Positions 1 to 10,364 of a stretch of 64,000 nucleotides of DNA are shown piece by piece. The notes beneath the pieces were generated by a model that saw nothing but the letters and a program-made list of their open reading frames with translations, was not told the DNA's origin and searched no databases. The DNA is taken from positions 69,950 through 133,949 of the forward strand of contig CAYOYV010000004.1 in NCBI GenBank assembly GCA_964408285.1. The letters run 5' to 3'. The number at the start of each line of letters is the position of its first letter. Positions within the stretch are counted from its first letter, which is position 1. The DNA is from an uncultured Nitrososphaerota archaeon. GTDB taxonomy: Archaea; Thermoproteota; EX4484-205; JAAOZO01. The translations under genes were made by a program, and so were the position numbers.

Positions 1-2
1 AC

Positions 3-677
3 GTGACTTTCATGCCAAAGCCGTTTCAACGATTTGCAGGAAATGGGATGCACGTTCATCTGAGTCTTTGGGAAAGGAACAACTTGTTCTATAATGGCAA
101 TGATGGCAATGGCATTTCACAGAAGGGCAGATACTTCATCGGTGGCCTTCTCGAATTCTATCCAGAGATTGCCCTAGCGACGAATAGCACGGTGAATTCA
201 TACAAGAGGCTTATTCCTCATCATGAGGCGCCTGTGTATGTGACATGGGGTTTCGGGAACCGCTCAACACTTGTGAGGATCCCAAACTATGGACTAAGGA
301 GCGATTCTCTCAGGGTGGAAGTCAGATCGCCGGATTCGCTATCTGACCCATACTTGGCTTTCGCATCGATCATCAAGGCAGGCGTCGAGGGAATCAAGAA
401 GAAGATAGAGCCTCCTGAGCCCTGTTCAACGAATGTCTACAAGCTATCCCGATCTGAGATCAGGGACTTGCGGATAAAGACATTGCCAAAGAGCCTTATT
501 CAGGCAGTGGAATACGCGACCAATGGGAGAATACTCAAGGAGCTACTCGGGAAGTATTTCGAACGATTCGTTCACCTGAAGCAAAAGGAGTGGAAGGACT
601 ATCTGAGCAATAACGGTGGCAGGGATCGGCCATTCTTCATTGAAGAATGGGAGTTGAAGAAGTATTTCCTTATGTAG
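3..677 (+). CDS. glnA: Glutamine synthetase, C-terminal portion (5' end lies left of the window)
   Basis: GS catalytic-domain motifs: NG.GMHVHLSLW, NSYKRLIPHHEAP, WGFGNRSTLVRIP. The ORF runs off the left edge. Confidence 0.8.
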   Translation: MTFMPKPFQRFAGNGMHVHLSLWERNNLFYNGNDGNGISQKGRYFIGGLLEFYPEIALATNSTVNSYKRLIPHHEAPVYVTWGFGNRSTLVRIPNYGLRSDSLRVEVRSPDSLSDPYLAFASIIKAGVEGIKKKIEPPEPCSTNVYKLSRSEIRDLRIKTLPKSLIQAVEYATNGRILKELLGKYFERFVHLKQKEWKDYLSNNGGRDRPFFIEEWELKKYFLM

Positions 678-746
678 GAATCTTGGATCTGTGAATGGGC
701 CAGAATCGCATTTCCGGTCGAACAACGCAAGAAGGGTCCAGCTGAG

Positions 747-1334
747 CTATTTCCTTCCGACAGTGGTGTTTTTCTCTCTTTCCCATCTTTCTACTTCGCT
801 AAGGAGTGGAGGTCTGACCAAGATGACATTGATCTCTGATGGAAATTGAAGCTGCATTCTCTCATCGTCGTTTATCATCAGTAATCCAGTTTGCCCTTCT
901 TTAAGGGTCTGGGATATACGTTCGACAATATGCCTCCTTCGGCTTTCGACAGCTTTTTTGTAGGCCTCTAGGATTTCTGCCGTGATACTGGCGACCTTCT
1001 GAGATATCTCCTTACTAAGAAATCCAAGTGATAGGAAAACCTGGCAATCGATGATTTGAAGGAATGTCTGTCTGTCCTCCAGTGCCTCAACCTTTCCGCC
1101 GCTTTCTGCTACGTTTTTTATGAATTGAAAGCCTTTCTGATTGATCGCCTGAAGGTGCCTAAGCCCCTCATCGTCAGGGGAATCGTTTGCCTCATGGTAC
1201 AGACTGCTGATATTCCCATAGATCCTTTGCAGTGTTTCTATCTGTTCTCCTATCTGCGTCCAATACTTGTTGGCAAGATCCTCAGGTACCTGATCTCCAA
1301 TCAGAGGAACGCAAAAAAGATTCTTGCTCGTCAT
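747..1334 (-). CDS. Hypothetical protein
   Basis: 195-aa ORF with protein-like composition, separated from its neighbours. No motif recognised. Confidence 0.35.
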   Translation of the reverse strand: MTSKNLFCVPLIGDQVPEDLANKYWTQIGEQIETLQRIYGNISSLYHEANDSPDDEGLRHLQAINQKGFQFIKNVAESGGKVEALEDRQTFLQIIDCQVFLSLGFLSKEISQKVASITAEILEAYKKAVESRRRHIVERISQTLKEGQTGLLMINDDERMQLQFPSEINVILVRPPLLSEVERWEREKNTTVGRK

Positions 1335-1405
1335 TTCCGTTGTATTATGATATTAGATCCCGGTTATTTCTATTTTGTTCTCCGTGTTTTGGGCCGGTCT
1401 AAGGA

Positions 1406-2497
1406 CTATCTCTGGGGCAGATATGTTCGGGCTGCCTCATACATGCTGAGGATATTCTCAACTGGCACATCAGGTTGCATCGAATGTGTCGGCCCGAGTA
1501 TGAGGCCGGTAGGACCGCACGTTTGTATCCGATATCTTATTTCCTCTGCTACCTGTTCTGGGGTGCCATGGGGGAGTGTGCTCTGGACTCCTATTGTGCC
1601 ATCAAAGCATAGTTCGTCTCCATACTTAATTTTGAGTTCAGCTGGGTTCATGCACTCTGGCTGGACTGGATTCAGGATATCCACTCCTATGTCGATGAGG
1701 TCGGGGATTATTGGCTCTATCCAACCATCACTATGAAACATGACGTATGCGCCCCTCTTCTTGAACTCCCGGAACATCCCCGCGTATCTGGGCTTCAGGT
1801 GCCTCCTCCATAGCCTCGGACTCACAATCATGCTATTCTGCGATCCAACATCGTCCCCGTTGCAGACGAAATCGACACCCGCTTCCGCCTCCAGGATTCC
1901 CTGTTGAGTTGAGATGCGGAAGAGTTCGTCCATTAGTCTGATGATTAGAGGATCGTCATTATGCATGCCTATAAGGAATCTCTGCATCCCTGTCAGCTTC
2001 CATGCTGTCTCAAAGACTTGAAGGCAGCCAGATCCCACGTAATGATCTTCATGGCGTCTGCGATAACGGATGATGGCCGTTTGATCCTCGGCGATCACGG
2101 TTGGCCAGATGAAGTCATTCAAATCCTCGATGTGGGTGAAGGGATGTCTATAGTACGAGTATGTGTAGGCGTGCTCGGGGGCCCAAAGGGTCTCCACTTT
2201 CCAGATATTAGTATGCAACTCGAACGGGCCTTCATGGCGTAAGAACCAGCCACCTTCCTCATCCCTTGGAACCGATTGAATCGGAGCATAAGGGCTCTTG
2301 ATGCCTACTCCAGGTGCGCCATACTCGTCAATCCCCAAACACTCATAGACTTCGTCATATTCGGCTTCGCCATGTTTTATCCCCAAGGCACGAACCAACT
2401 TGCTATATGGCTCGGGCCTAATCCTCAGTACTAGGGGGATTCTGTCAAGTTCCTGATGCAAAATAGCACCGATACATCGCTCCCTCGATGAAACCAT
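1406..2497 (-). CDS. Uroporphyrinogen decarboxylase (URO-D) family protein / MtaA-like methyltransferase
   Basis: URO-D fold signatures near the C-terminus (FHSDGWIEPIIPDLIDIGVDILNPVQPE). The 363-aa length is typical. Confidence 0.7.
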   Translation of the reverse strand: MVSSRERCIGAILHQELDRIPLVLRIRPEPYSKLVRALGIKHGEAEYDEVYECLGIDEYGAPGVGIKSPYAPIQSVPRDEEGGWFLRHEGPFELHTNIWKVETLWAPEHAYTYSYYRHPFTHIEDLNDFIWPTVIAEDQTAIIRYRRRHEDHYVGSGCLQVFETAWKLTGMQRFLIGMHNDDPLIIRLMDELFRISTQQGILEAEAGVDFVCNGDDVGSQNSMIVSPRLWRRHLKPRYAGMFREFKKRGAYVMFHSDGWIEPIIPDLIDIGVDILNPVQPECMNPAELKIKYGDELCFDGTIGVQSTLPHGTPEQVAEEIRYRIQTCGPTGLILGPTHSMQPDVPVENILSMYEAARTYLPQR

Positions 2498-2549
2498 CTC
2501 ATGAATCGATCTTGAAGTTCTATTAAGCCTTTGAAGGGCACCTGATGGG

Positions 2550-2852
2550 CTATTGTGAAGGTTTCTGCTTCGGTATCAACAGCAATTGGAACCGAAGGCC
2601 AGTTGGGGCTTCCCTCAGCCCCTCAACCTGAACCTCAGCATTTCCCTTAGCTTCATTCCCCCGGTCATCTATACAGTGGAAATCGACCAATTGGCCAGGA
2701 TCCATCTGTGCAAACTGCCTGATCTCGTCAATCAATTGCTCCCCGTGGTCGATCTCGCCACCTATGTCGATTCCGGCCACCGATGAATACACATAGTGGA
2801 TGTATTCCTGTGGAATCTTGACCCCGTTGATCTGTGCGTAGGTCATCGCCAA
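2550..2852 (-). CDS. Hypothetical small protein
   Basis: 100-aa ORF with a protein-like acidic sequence. It overlaps an alternative minus-frame ORF (2728..3036), so the choice between them is uncertain. Confidence 0.25.
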   Translation of the reverse strand: MAMTYAQINGVKIPQEYIHYVYSSVAGIDIGGEIDHGEQLIDEIRQFAQMDPGQLVDFHCIDDRGNEAKGNAEVQVEGLREAPTGLRFQLLLIPKQKPSQ

Positions 2853-3090
2853 TTGCAGCCGAGTGACGGAATTTAAGGGGGCGTATGTAATCGAAACATA
2901 CAGAATTCAAGTTGCAAGCATGAGCCAAATCACTTCCTGCCATTGTAGGGAAGTCCACTTTAGGGAGTATTGACGACCCCTTGAATCTGATTATTGAAGT
3001 CGCGATCACTCGCGCACGATCGCGTATGCTCCCCATGTCTCGATCTTGGAGGAATTGAGAATCTATGTCTGCAAAAGCTAGAAACCCAGG

Positions 3091-4839
3091 TCAGGCCTGA
3101 GGGAATTCAACTCTTGTCTGCGTTATGCCTGTTGGATAACCATCAAAACGTCCAATCCTCGTTCCGAACTGCGTAGCCAGCTCCTTCTTGTGCCCCATTC
3201 TGATTAGTCTGTTCCATCTTGGGAGAAGGAATGGCGCCCCCCCCATCTCCCAGATAAGGACACCTTGAGCACCTTGATTGTAGAGATCGTTTGCATGTCG
3301 CAGCAATCGATTTGGATCCAACTGCGGAACCATTTTCCTAGGCCACCTTCCGAAATAGCCCCGCCAGTCATAGTCCTCGGGAAAAAGACTTAGGTCTGTC
3401 TGGCCAAGGACGGCCCACAACTTGCATTTCGTTCCCTCGGTCATCCGGACATAGTAATCCAAATTTATGTTCGAATAGATCCTTTCCCTAGAGACTGCGA
3501 GAACGTCTATGAGATCCTCTGCGATCCAAGTTCGGAGATCTAGGGCATTGACTAAGTTCATGTCTGCCCTTCCACTGGGATTTGTTATGAAGGTTGGTTG
3601 GCAGTCCACTTGCGCTGCTAGGGAGATTCTTGTTCGCGTTTTTCTCTCCATGTCGTTCACCTCAGACCTCAGCTTCCTCATGAATTCCGTCATGTACCCG
3701 GCCTTATGCTGCAACCACCTTAGGTCGTTGTCCTCGATCTTTCTAGGGTCCTCCCCGTATTGCTCTATGAAACTATCTACAACAGGGGGCTCGTATAGAA
3801 CCCAAGGAGGAAACCGTGTAAAGTCAAGGTAGATGCCATCGACACCGTATCGGGCTTGTTCTTCGAGTGCAGCCAACTTATGAGCGTTCACCTGAGGGTA
3901 AGCGTGGGATAGATGAACATTGTAGCTGCCGTCCTTATTGATGCAACGAAGGTGCTGATTCTCCCTCTGAAATCTGCCGGTGAAATCATCATTATAGGCT
4001 CCTACGGGGTAAGTGTGATCCACCCTATAGTCAGCATAGATCTCCAATCCATTGTCGTGGCAATAGTCAACAGCCACACGTAAGGGGTCCCATCCTTCCC
4101 TTACGCTGGTTGCCAGGAATTCAGAGCAGAACCTATTGGCGTCATTGAGGAAATCGCCTTTGCCATGGCCAAACACTTCACCGATTTTTGTATGATAGAG
4201 GTAGGTATATGTTGTGCAGGTCGTTCCCCAGCAGATAGTCCTGAAATCAGTCCCTATGAATGGTTCCAGATTCTTCTTTATCGTGTTCGGATCATAGGGT
4301 GGGCTTTCACAGAGAATCTCATGAACATCGAAAACGCCACCACATATCTTTGTCTCCAGTTGCCTCCTCTCCGCATCTGCCCTTGCGACTTCCTCGTCAG
4401 ATAACGGAGCAAGTCTGGCGTAAGCCAGAAAAGCCCTATTCCTATCCGCCTTAAAGAAGTGCAGACTTTGACCAGTGAGATTCGCGTCTTTCCAGTGGCC
4501 CTCCACGATATATCCGTAGGGTTGATTGAGGAATGAGCATCCAGTCACAACGCGTCGAACTTCATCTCCGGTCAACCTCGCCTCCAGTGTGCAAGTCCGC
4601 TGATCAGGTTGGTATATTCCGACATGAATGCCGTACCAGCCCTTCAGATTCAGGGGATACGTGACCTCGGGAACTGAGACGCCAGGCTCTGCCGTCAACA
4701 TTGTTCCTTCCAAAGCCACTGCCTTGTAACGTCTGAGGAGCCAACTATTGCTTTTCTCCGCAAACGAGACAGCGTCATTTGGCAAGCATTTGTCGAAATC
4801 TGAAATCAGGAGCGAACTCCGGGTATCTGGACGTGCCAA
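3091..4839 (-). CDS. Putative glycoside hydrolase, GHL10-like TIM-barrel family
   Basis: The motif YGVDGIYLDFTRFPP resembles the G.DG.HLDY.RYP signature of GH10-like (GHL10) hydrolases. 582 aa, no obvious signal peptide. Confidence 0.5.
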   Translation of the reverse strand: MARPDTRSSLLISDFDKCLPNDAVSFAEKSNSWLLRRYKAVALEGTMLTAEPGVSVPEVTYPLNLKGWYGIHVGIYQPDQRTCTLEARLTGDEVRRVVTGCSFLNQPYGYIVEGHWKDANLTGQSLHFFKADRNRAFLAYARLAPLSDEEVARADAERRQLETKICGGVFDVHEILCESPPYDPNTIKKNLEPFIGTDFRTICWGTTCTTYTYLYHTKIGEVFGHGKGDFLNDANRFCSEFLATSVREGWDPLRVAVDYCHDNGLEIYADYRVDHTYPVGAYNDDFTGRFQRENQHLRCINKDGSYNVHLSHAYPQVNAHKLAALEEQARYGVDGIYLDFTRFPPWVLYEPPVVDSFIEQYGEDPRKIEDNDLRWLQHKAGYMTEFMRKLRSEVNDMERKTRTRISLAAQVDCQPTFITNPSGRADMNLVNALDLRTWIAEDLIDVLAVSRERIYSNINLDYYVRMTEGTKCKLWAVLGQTDLSLFPEDYDWRGYFGRWPRKMVPQLDPNRLLRHANDLYNQGAQGVLIWEMGGAPFLLPRWNRLIRMGHKKELATQFGTRIGRFDGYPTGITQTRVEFPQA

Positions 4840-4935
4840 GAACGTTCAATCCGTTGGGAAATGGCCTTTCATATTAATCTTCTCAGAGACTGAGCTGGAT
4901 TCAATCATAAATATCCTATTCTCATATAGGAAACC

Positions 4936-5889
4936 ATGCGGAGTTCGTACGAGGTTAGGGTGATTGACATTTTGGAGAGGGAGAAGCTGATGGAGCACGT
5001 CTACGAATTACCTCTTCGCGAAAGGAAAGCTGACATCGATGGGCTATGTGTCAAAATAATGACCAACGTGGACGCGTTCAAGGAGATGTTCGAAGACAAC
5101 TTCTATTCGATGAGTGAGGGAATCCGCCCACATGTGAGGTTGTACGTTGTGAACGATGGAACAGCGTTTTCGGTCCTGTATGAACCGATCTCACATACAG
5201 TCTTCATCATGAACTGCGATTACTACGGCTGGATAAAGAGCATCACGCTAGCTGCTGCTGCAGATCTCTTCGAGGAGTACTACTCAGTGCACAGGAGATA
5301 TGCAGTACATGGGTCCCTTGTAGATAAGGGAGGCCGTGGCATTGCCCTCATCGGAACACCGGGCAGTGGAAAGACGACACTTACTTATGGCCTTCTCATT
5401 GAGAAGAAGCATAGTTTCGTCGCCGACGACTGGTTCTTTACAAGATTAATGGGTGATGATGTCATGGCCTACTCTTCTGAGAAGAACTCATACGTCAGAG
5501 CTGATCTCGCGAACCTTTGGCCCTCATTGGCAAGTCTTCTCGAAAAAATAAGATATGATCTGAAGGGCAGGGCGATCGTTGATGTTCGTATGCTCTTTGG
5601 CAGCGCAAGGATAAGGGAGAGCTCCGTCCTGAAGGCAATCATCTTATTGAAAAGGGACAAGTCAGACCCGAGCGTAATCAGTCGCATATCGAGCGATGCG
5701 GCCTTGAAATTCATGCTTGCCAACGATTTCTGCAATCCACATCAATTGATAAGAGATGAGAGGAAGACAACACTCAGGGCCAAGTTCATGAAAGCCTTAC
5801 TCGATGTCGTGCCAACGTATCTACTCAACACGACCGAGACGCCTTCGGAGTCCCTTGGGAGAGTTAAGGAGATAGCAGGCTCAATCTGA
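4936..5889 (+). CDS. HPr kinase/phosphorylase C-terminal-domain-like P-loop protein
   Basis: P-loop GTPGSGKTTLTYGL followed by FVADDWF, matching the HprK-type G.SG.GKS...ADD arrangement. Confidence 0.45.
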   Translation: MRSSYEVRVIDILEREKLMEHVYELPLRERKADIDGLCVKIMTNVDAFKEMFEDNFYSMSEGIRPHVRLYVVNDGTAFSVLYEPISHTVFIMNCDYYGWIKSITLAAAADLFEEYYSVHRRYAVHGSLVDKGGRGIALIGTPGSGKTTLTYGLLIEKKHSFVADDWFFTRLMGDDVMAYSSEKNSYVRADLANLWPSLASLLEKIRYDLKGRAIVDVRMLFGSARIRESSVLKAIILLKRDKSDPSVISRISSDAALKFMLANDFCNPHQLIRDERKTTLRAKFMKALLDVVPTYLLNTTETPSESLGRVKEIAGSI

Positions 5890-5964
5890 TTCGAACAGAC
5901 GGAATAACCCAAGCAAGACCAGTCACCGGAAATGTCAAGAGGATGCAGCAACGTTTTGCAGTCG

Positions 5965-7047
5965 CTAAGGTGTGCCAGTTATTCCTGCCAGCTTGGGGTA
6001 AGGAGTGGCTTCCCATATTGAATCCAAGCCACAGACATATCTCGTGAACCTTTCCAAACCTATGCCAAAACCGGAGGAAGGAGGTATGCCGTCCCGTAGC
6101 ATCTCAAGATACCAACCATATTGGTCGGCATTCTCTCCGGATTCAGTAATCCTAGCGAGCACTTTATCATATTCGTATTCTCTCTCAGCACCGGATGCCG
6201 CCTCTCCAAAGCCATTCGGATATATGAGATCGAAGCAATTCAAAGTACTGGCATCTGTCGGATCTTGCCTATCATAGAAGCTCCTTGAGCCATAAGGGTA
6301 ATCATACACGAAGAAGGGTTCGCTGAACAAAAGGGAGAGTTCTTTTTCTAGGTCGATATCTCCTCTCCAAGGTATTTCAGAATCATAGCCAGCTGGGAAT
6401 CCCTTGGCGTTCAAGAGATCAATGGCCTCTCTGTGTTTGATTCTTTTGAAGGGTATGGACGGCTTGGTCAGTTTGCTGCGAAGAGATCCGAGCAATTCGC
6501 CCCTTTCAGTCAAGATCCTACCTATGACGTTCGCCACCAATTCCTCCAATAATGCCATTGCTTCATGGTACGTCGAATTCGCCTGCTCGACATCTACCTG
6601 ATAGAACTCGCAGAGATGCCTCCTCGTCCTTATACTTTCCACGGGCTCAAGCCTTATGTTTGGAGCGAATAAGTAAATGCTACCGAGAGAAGCTGCAAGC
6701 ATCTGCTTGTACAAAATGGCGCTACTCATTATCTTGTAAGAGGTGCCGTAGAAATCGAAGGTAGCTTGGTCTGCTCCTCTTAATCCGGGGTCAGTCACAG
6801 GGCCTATCACGGGTGGGATTGCCTCTATGAATCCCTTTGAGTCAAGAAATTCCCTAATGTAGGATGACAAGGACCCCTGAATCATAATGACTGCTTTCCT
6901 CGTTGGCCCCCTCAAGAGGAGATGGGCCTTCCTGAGCTCTTGGGGATCCGGTACAGAGATCTGCTCAGGCGACACATCTGTCCCGGGCTTGGGATCCTCA
7001 ATAAGCTTTTCCGTCGATAGACCGTCATTCTTGTACGAAATTGCCAC
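5965..7047 (-). CDS. asnA: Asparagine synthetase A-like / class II aminoacyl-tRNA synthetase catalytic-domain protein
   Basis: Class II aaRS motifs (FYQVDVEQ, GFGIGLERF motif 3) with no anticodon-binding domain. 360 aa, consistent with archaeal AsnA (AsnRS paralog). Confidence 0.65.
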   Translation of the reverse strand: MAISYKNDGLSTEKLIEDPKPGTDVSPEQISVPDPQELRKAHLLLRGPTRKAVIMIQGSLSSYIREFLDSKGFIEAIPPVIGPVTDPGLRGADQATFDFYGTSYKIMSSAILYKQMLAASLGSIYLFAPNIRLEPVESIRTRRHLCEFYQVDVEQANSTYHEAMALLEELVANVIGRILTERGELLGSLRSKLTKPSIPFKRIKHREAIDLLNAKGFPAGYDSEIPWRGDIDLEKELSLLFSEPFFVYDYPYGSRSFYDRQDPTDASTLNCFDLIYPNGFGEAASGAEREYEYDKVLARITESGENADQYGWYLEMLRDGIPPSSGFGIGLERFTRYVCGLDSIWEATPYPKLAGITGTP

Positions 7048-7211
7048 TTGTTGCTTGCCAAACCGAATGAATTACGCGAAATGGGATTTTCCTTCCCGCG
7101 CATCTGTCTGGAAAGGTGCCTCGAAGGACCTCAGGTCGACGAGCCACTGCATGTTCCATCAACTTGGTAAAGAATCTGAACAAGGTTTAAAGGGGGGGTT
7201 TTCTCGGAGCT

Positions 7212-10200
7212 ATGTGGCTGACCAAATCAATGCTTTTTCGCCAGTTCGCTCTTCTGTTGCTGCTAGCAGCATTTGTGTTGGGCCCCTCGCATGTCGTAGT
7301 GGCACAGCAAGACCAAGAGCTTTACAGATTCAATTATCGCGTGAACTTCAATAGCCAAGACGATCTGGTGCCGGAGAGGCTCAATCTTACTTGCCAATTC
7401 TACATCACGACCGCTCGTTCGATAGTACCGCTATCGGTTGTGATTCCTGTCTCAAAGTCCGGGCAATCGACAGGGAACGTGAATGTTACGCTCGATATGA
7501 ATCCAACAGATGTCATTCTGGCTTCGATCGGATCAGACGTGAGTCTGTTGCTCGGCAGACAAAATGCCTTCTATCCAGAAGCACGCGAGAGGAACTTCGT
7601 AATCCAGTGGGAGGTGGAAAGCATTGGAAACCGTTTCGTGTACACGCCTCTCGCGATCCCAAGCCCATACATGGCGTACATGTACTCGAATCTGGCAACC
7701 GATTTGCGAATAAGGCCAACTGGATACTTTGGACGTTCCATAGAAGTTGGAACTAGGTCGATCAATGTCTACATTTCGCTCTCTGCAAGGGCTGGAGACA
7801 AATATGCCTGCGATCCGCTAGGCCTAGAGGACCTAAAGTATTCAATCTCCTTCAATGAGCCCGGACCAATCATCCTCTCAAGGGATCTCTCTTTTGTAAT
7901 AGTCGACGCAAGAAATTCCACAGTCCATATACGGGCATCGTACATGCAATCTGTTCCAGCGCTGCCGAATCAGAAATGGATTGAACTCCCATTTGAATTC
8001 GACATCGAATTGGAGGAAGGACGGCCTTTGGCACTTGGGTCCAGATTGCTCAGCTCCCTCGAAGCTGCGTCCATGGATTGGCTCATGAGGGAATCAGAAT
8101 TCTTGAACAAGAGCAGAGCCGTTGTCCCCGATATAGCGGCCAAGATTAGCCAAGCTAAAGAGGATATTAGCTCTTTTGAGTTAGCCTTCATTGATGATCC
8201 GGCCTCAGCCAATTCCTTTGCCCTGCAGAGGGGTCTGAAGCTGCTAGCTGAGGCCGATGACCAGCTTGCGATTCTGTCTTCAACGCTGAGCCTTTTCGTT
8301 ACGCCGGCCATACTTAGTTTGTTGCTCATATTAGGAGCGATACTGTCGCATCTGTTTCTTAACGGCAATAAGGTTGCTACGCTTGCTATAGCTGGGTTTG
8401 CGTCGCTCTTGGCTGCGGAATTACACCCTGGATTAAGGGTATTCCTGATATCGCTTAGACCGGATTTCACCACTCTCGTTACAGCTGCAATGCCGGTTCT
8501 CTCGTTGCTCTTCACTGGTTTTCTCATATTTCGCGGCTCTGGGCCCCGGTCCCAAGTGGGCCTTGCGATATCTACCGCGATAAGAATGACAAAGACCAGG
8601 AAGCTCAGGGGATTGCTCACCGTATTAGCAGTTGCAGTAGTTGCGAGCGCAGCCGTACCGAGCATAACCGTGAAGACGGTGATGCCAGTGAGAATACAAG
8701 TACTCGAGACTCAATATGAGGGATCGCTCCTGCTGTCTGTCAGCAATTCCTGGAGAATGAGAATGGCTACTCAAGGTGGTGCGGCCTCAGAGGAATCCGG
8801 CTTCTCTTCGATGAGCTCTTCCGAACCCTCTTTCTACGCAATGACTCTGGGCTTCAGGGAATCCACGCCCATATCCCTCGCATTCTACAGGTCCTCTAAG
8901 GCATCAGGCTGCGTCATATTTGCCAATCTCACGTTTCTGGCCAAGTATCTTGGGCTGGCACCACGTGGAGTGAATATCACCAAAGTAAGTCAGGCCATCA
9001 TAGTGAATAGCAGACTGGACACAATCAGACAAGGAGAGACGCTCGTGGTCGCTGGCGTGCCACTTAAGGTCATTGGATTCTTCGATAGCTCAAGTCTCAC
9101 AGATCTGACGGGCAGGCCTCTCGAAGAGCTTATTGAAGGAAATGAGCTGCTCTTTCAGAATCCAACTTGGGATTCCTTGACTTCTCCCGCCTCTAGTCCG
9201 TTTGGGAGGAGTGTTCTTGATCAGCTCATAGCGGAGAGGGCTCCATTTCTACTGTCAACCAAATATGCGCTGCCACCACAGATTGTCGGCGTCGTCGATA
9301 TCAATATGATCTCAGGTATCAACAAACGGAACCTAGTCACTATTTCTGTTGTCGGGACTTTGGGTAGTGAGGTCGATGAGGCGAAATTGGAGGGGACCGT
9401 CAGGGGCCTGATATCCTCGACAAAAAACTCACTATCAATGGTAGACTCAGAGCAAGGAATCTCGGTTGAATTCATTAGCTCTATATCTACTACGATTTCG
9501 GCAAATGGTCAGTCAAAACAACTGGAGATCGATTTCCCTGTCGTGCTGCCGTTGGGAAGCTGGACATCACAACTAATCCTTATGTCAATAGGGGGGCTGA
9601 TAATATATACTGTAATATTGGGGTCGACCGTAGAAAGGGCAAAGGAGTCTGCCACGATTAGCAGCCTAGGGGCTTCTCCGAATTTCATCACGTTCTCCTT
9701 TCTGGCTGAAGGGCTCATGTTGGGAGCAATAGGGGCTGTCATAGGATTCTCGGCTGGATATATTCTCGCAATAGCAATAGGGACGAGTTCCCCAGATGTG
9801 GCCACGGAGTTCCACACTCTGACGCCAATGCTCCTTGTGCTATCCACTTCAATAGTCATTACCGGTTTGGCTTCCATTTCTCCAGCTAGAAATGCTATCA
9901 TGAAGGTCGTGCCCAGTAGGAAGATGCTGACTAGGGGCATAGGAGAGATAAGGATAGACAACACGGGGGCAAGGAGAATCTATGTTCCACTTAGACTCAG
10001 GGAAGGTCAGGTGACTCCGTTTCTAGATTTCATTTCCAGAAGGCTTGGCACCTCTTCCTACTACGAATATGGAATGCGAATCAACGGGTATCAGATAGAT
10101 GACTTGGGCCACAGATTCAAGGTATCTTACACAGGAGCTGGAGGAATCACTGACAGAGTGGCAAACTATGACATGAAAGTCGCATTGGTGCCTGTTGGGG

Positions 10201-10328
10201 ATTATCTTCATGTTGAGTTGGTGGCTCGCGCTGATGACGGAAAATGGACGAAGCTTCACGACTCTTTTCTCAAGGAAATGGTATATAGCATAAGAGACGA
10301 AATCCTGAAGTTCACAGTACCAACTTGA
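7212..10328 (+). CDS. Large ABC-exporter permease with two FtsX-like 4-TM domains and large extracytoplasmic domains
   Basis: N-terminal signal peptide (LLLLAAFVLGPSHVVVA). FtsX hallmarks (TKTRKLRGLLTVLAV; SSLGASPNFITFSFLAEGLMLGAIGAV) and a conserved ~170-aa cytoplasmic tail. Paralog of 20537..23761. Confidence 0.75.
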   Translation: MWLTKSMLFRQFALLLLLAAFVLGPSHVVVAQQDQELYRFNYRVNFNSQDDLVPERLNLTCQFYITTARSIVPLSVVIPVSKSGQSTGNVNVTLDMNPTDVILASIGSDVSLLLGRQNAFYPEARERNFVIQWEVESIGNRFVYTPLAIPSPYMAYMYSNLATDLRIRPTGYFGRSIEVGTRSINVYISLSARAGDKYACDPLGLEDLKYSISFNEPGPIILSRDLSFVIVDARNSTVHIRASYMQSVPALPNQKWIELPFEFDIELEEGRPLALGSRLLSSLEAASMDWLMRESEFLNKSRAVVPDIAAKISQAKEDISSFELAFIDDPASANSFALQRGLKLLAEADDQLAILSSTLSLFVTPAILSLLLILGAILSHLFLNGNKVATLAIAGFASLLAAELHPGLRVFLISLRPDFTTLVTAAMPVLSLLFTGFLIFRGSGPRSQVGLAISTAIRMTKTRKLRGLLTVLAVAVVASAAVPSITVKTVMPVRIQVLETQYEGSLLLSVSNSWRMRMATQGGAASEESGFSSMSSSEPSFYAMTLGFRESTPISLAFYRSSKASGCVIFANLTFLAKYLGLAPRGVNITKVSQAIIVNSRLDTIRQGETLVVAGVPLKVIGFFDSSSLTDLTGRPLEELIEGNELLFQNPTWDSLTSPASSPFGRSVLDQLIAERAPFLLSTKYALPPQIVGVVDINMISGINKRNLVTISVVGTLGSEVDEAKLEGTVRGLISSTKNSLSMVDSEQGISVEFISSISTTISANGQSKQLEIDFPVVLPLGSWTSQLILMSIGGLIIYTVILGSTVERAKESATISSLGASPNFITFSFLAEGLMLGAIGAVIGFSAGYILAIAIGTSSPDVATEFHTLTPMLLVLSTSIVITGLASISPARNAIMKVVPSRKMLTRGIGEIRIDNTGARRIYVPLRLREGQVTPFLDFISRRLGTSSYYEYGMRINGYQIDDLGHRFKVSYTGAGGITDRVANYDMKVALVPVGDYLHVELVARADDGKWTKLHDSFLKEMVYSIRDEILKFTVPT

Positions 10329-10364
10329 CAGCATCGCATCACCTCCTGACTTGAAATCCAACCG

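Noticed and set aside
2728-3036. Alternative 102-aa minus ORF overlapping 2550..2852
   Set aside because: Arg/Gly-rich with no motif, overlapping in a different frame. 2550..2852 is kept as the weak call instead.
1056-9964. Internal antisense ORFs listed in the track (e.g. 1056..1736 +, 6887..7354 +, 7970..8665 -, 9509..9964 -, 20778..21323 -)
   Set aside because: Each lies wholly inside a longer ORF with clear family motifs on the other strand, and their translations are Ser/Arg/Cys-rich shadows.
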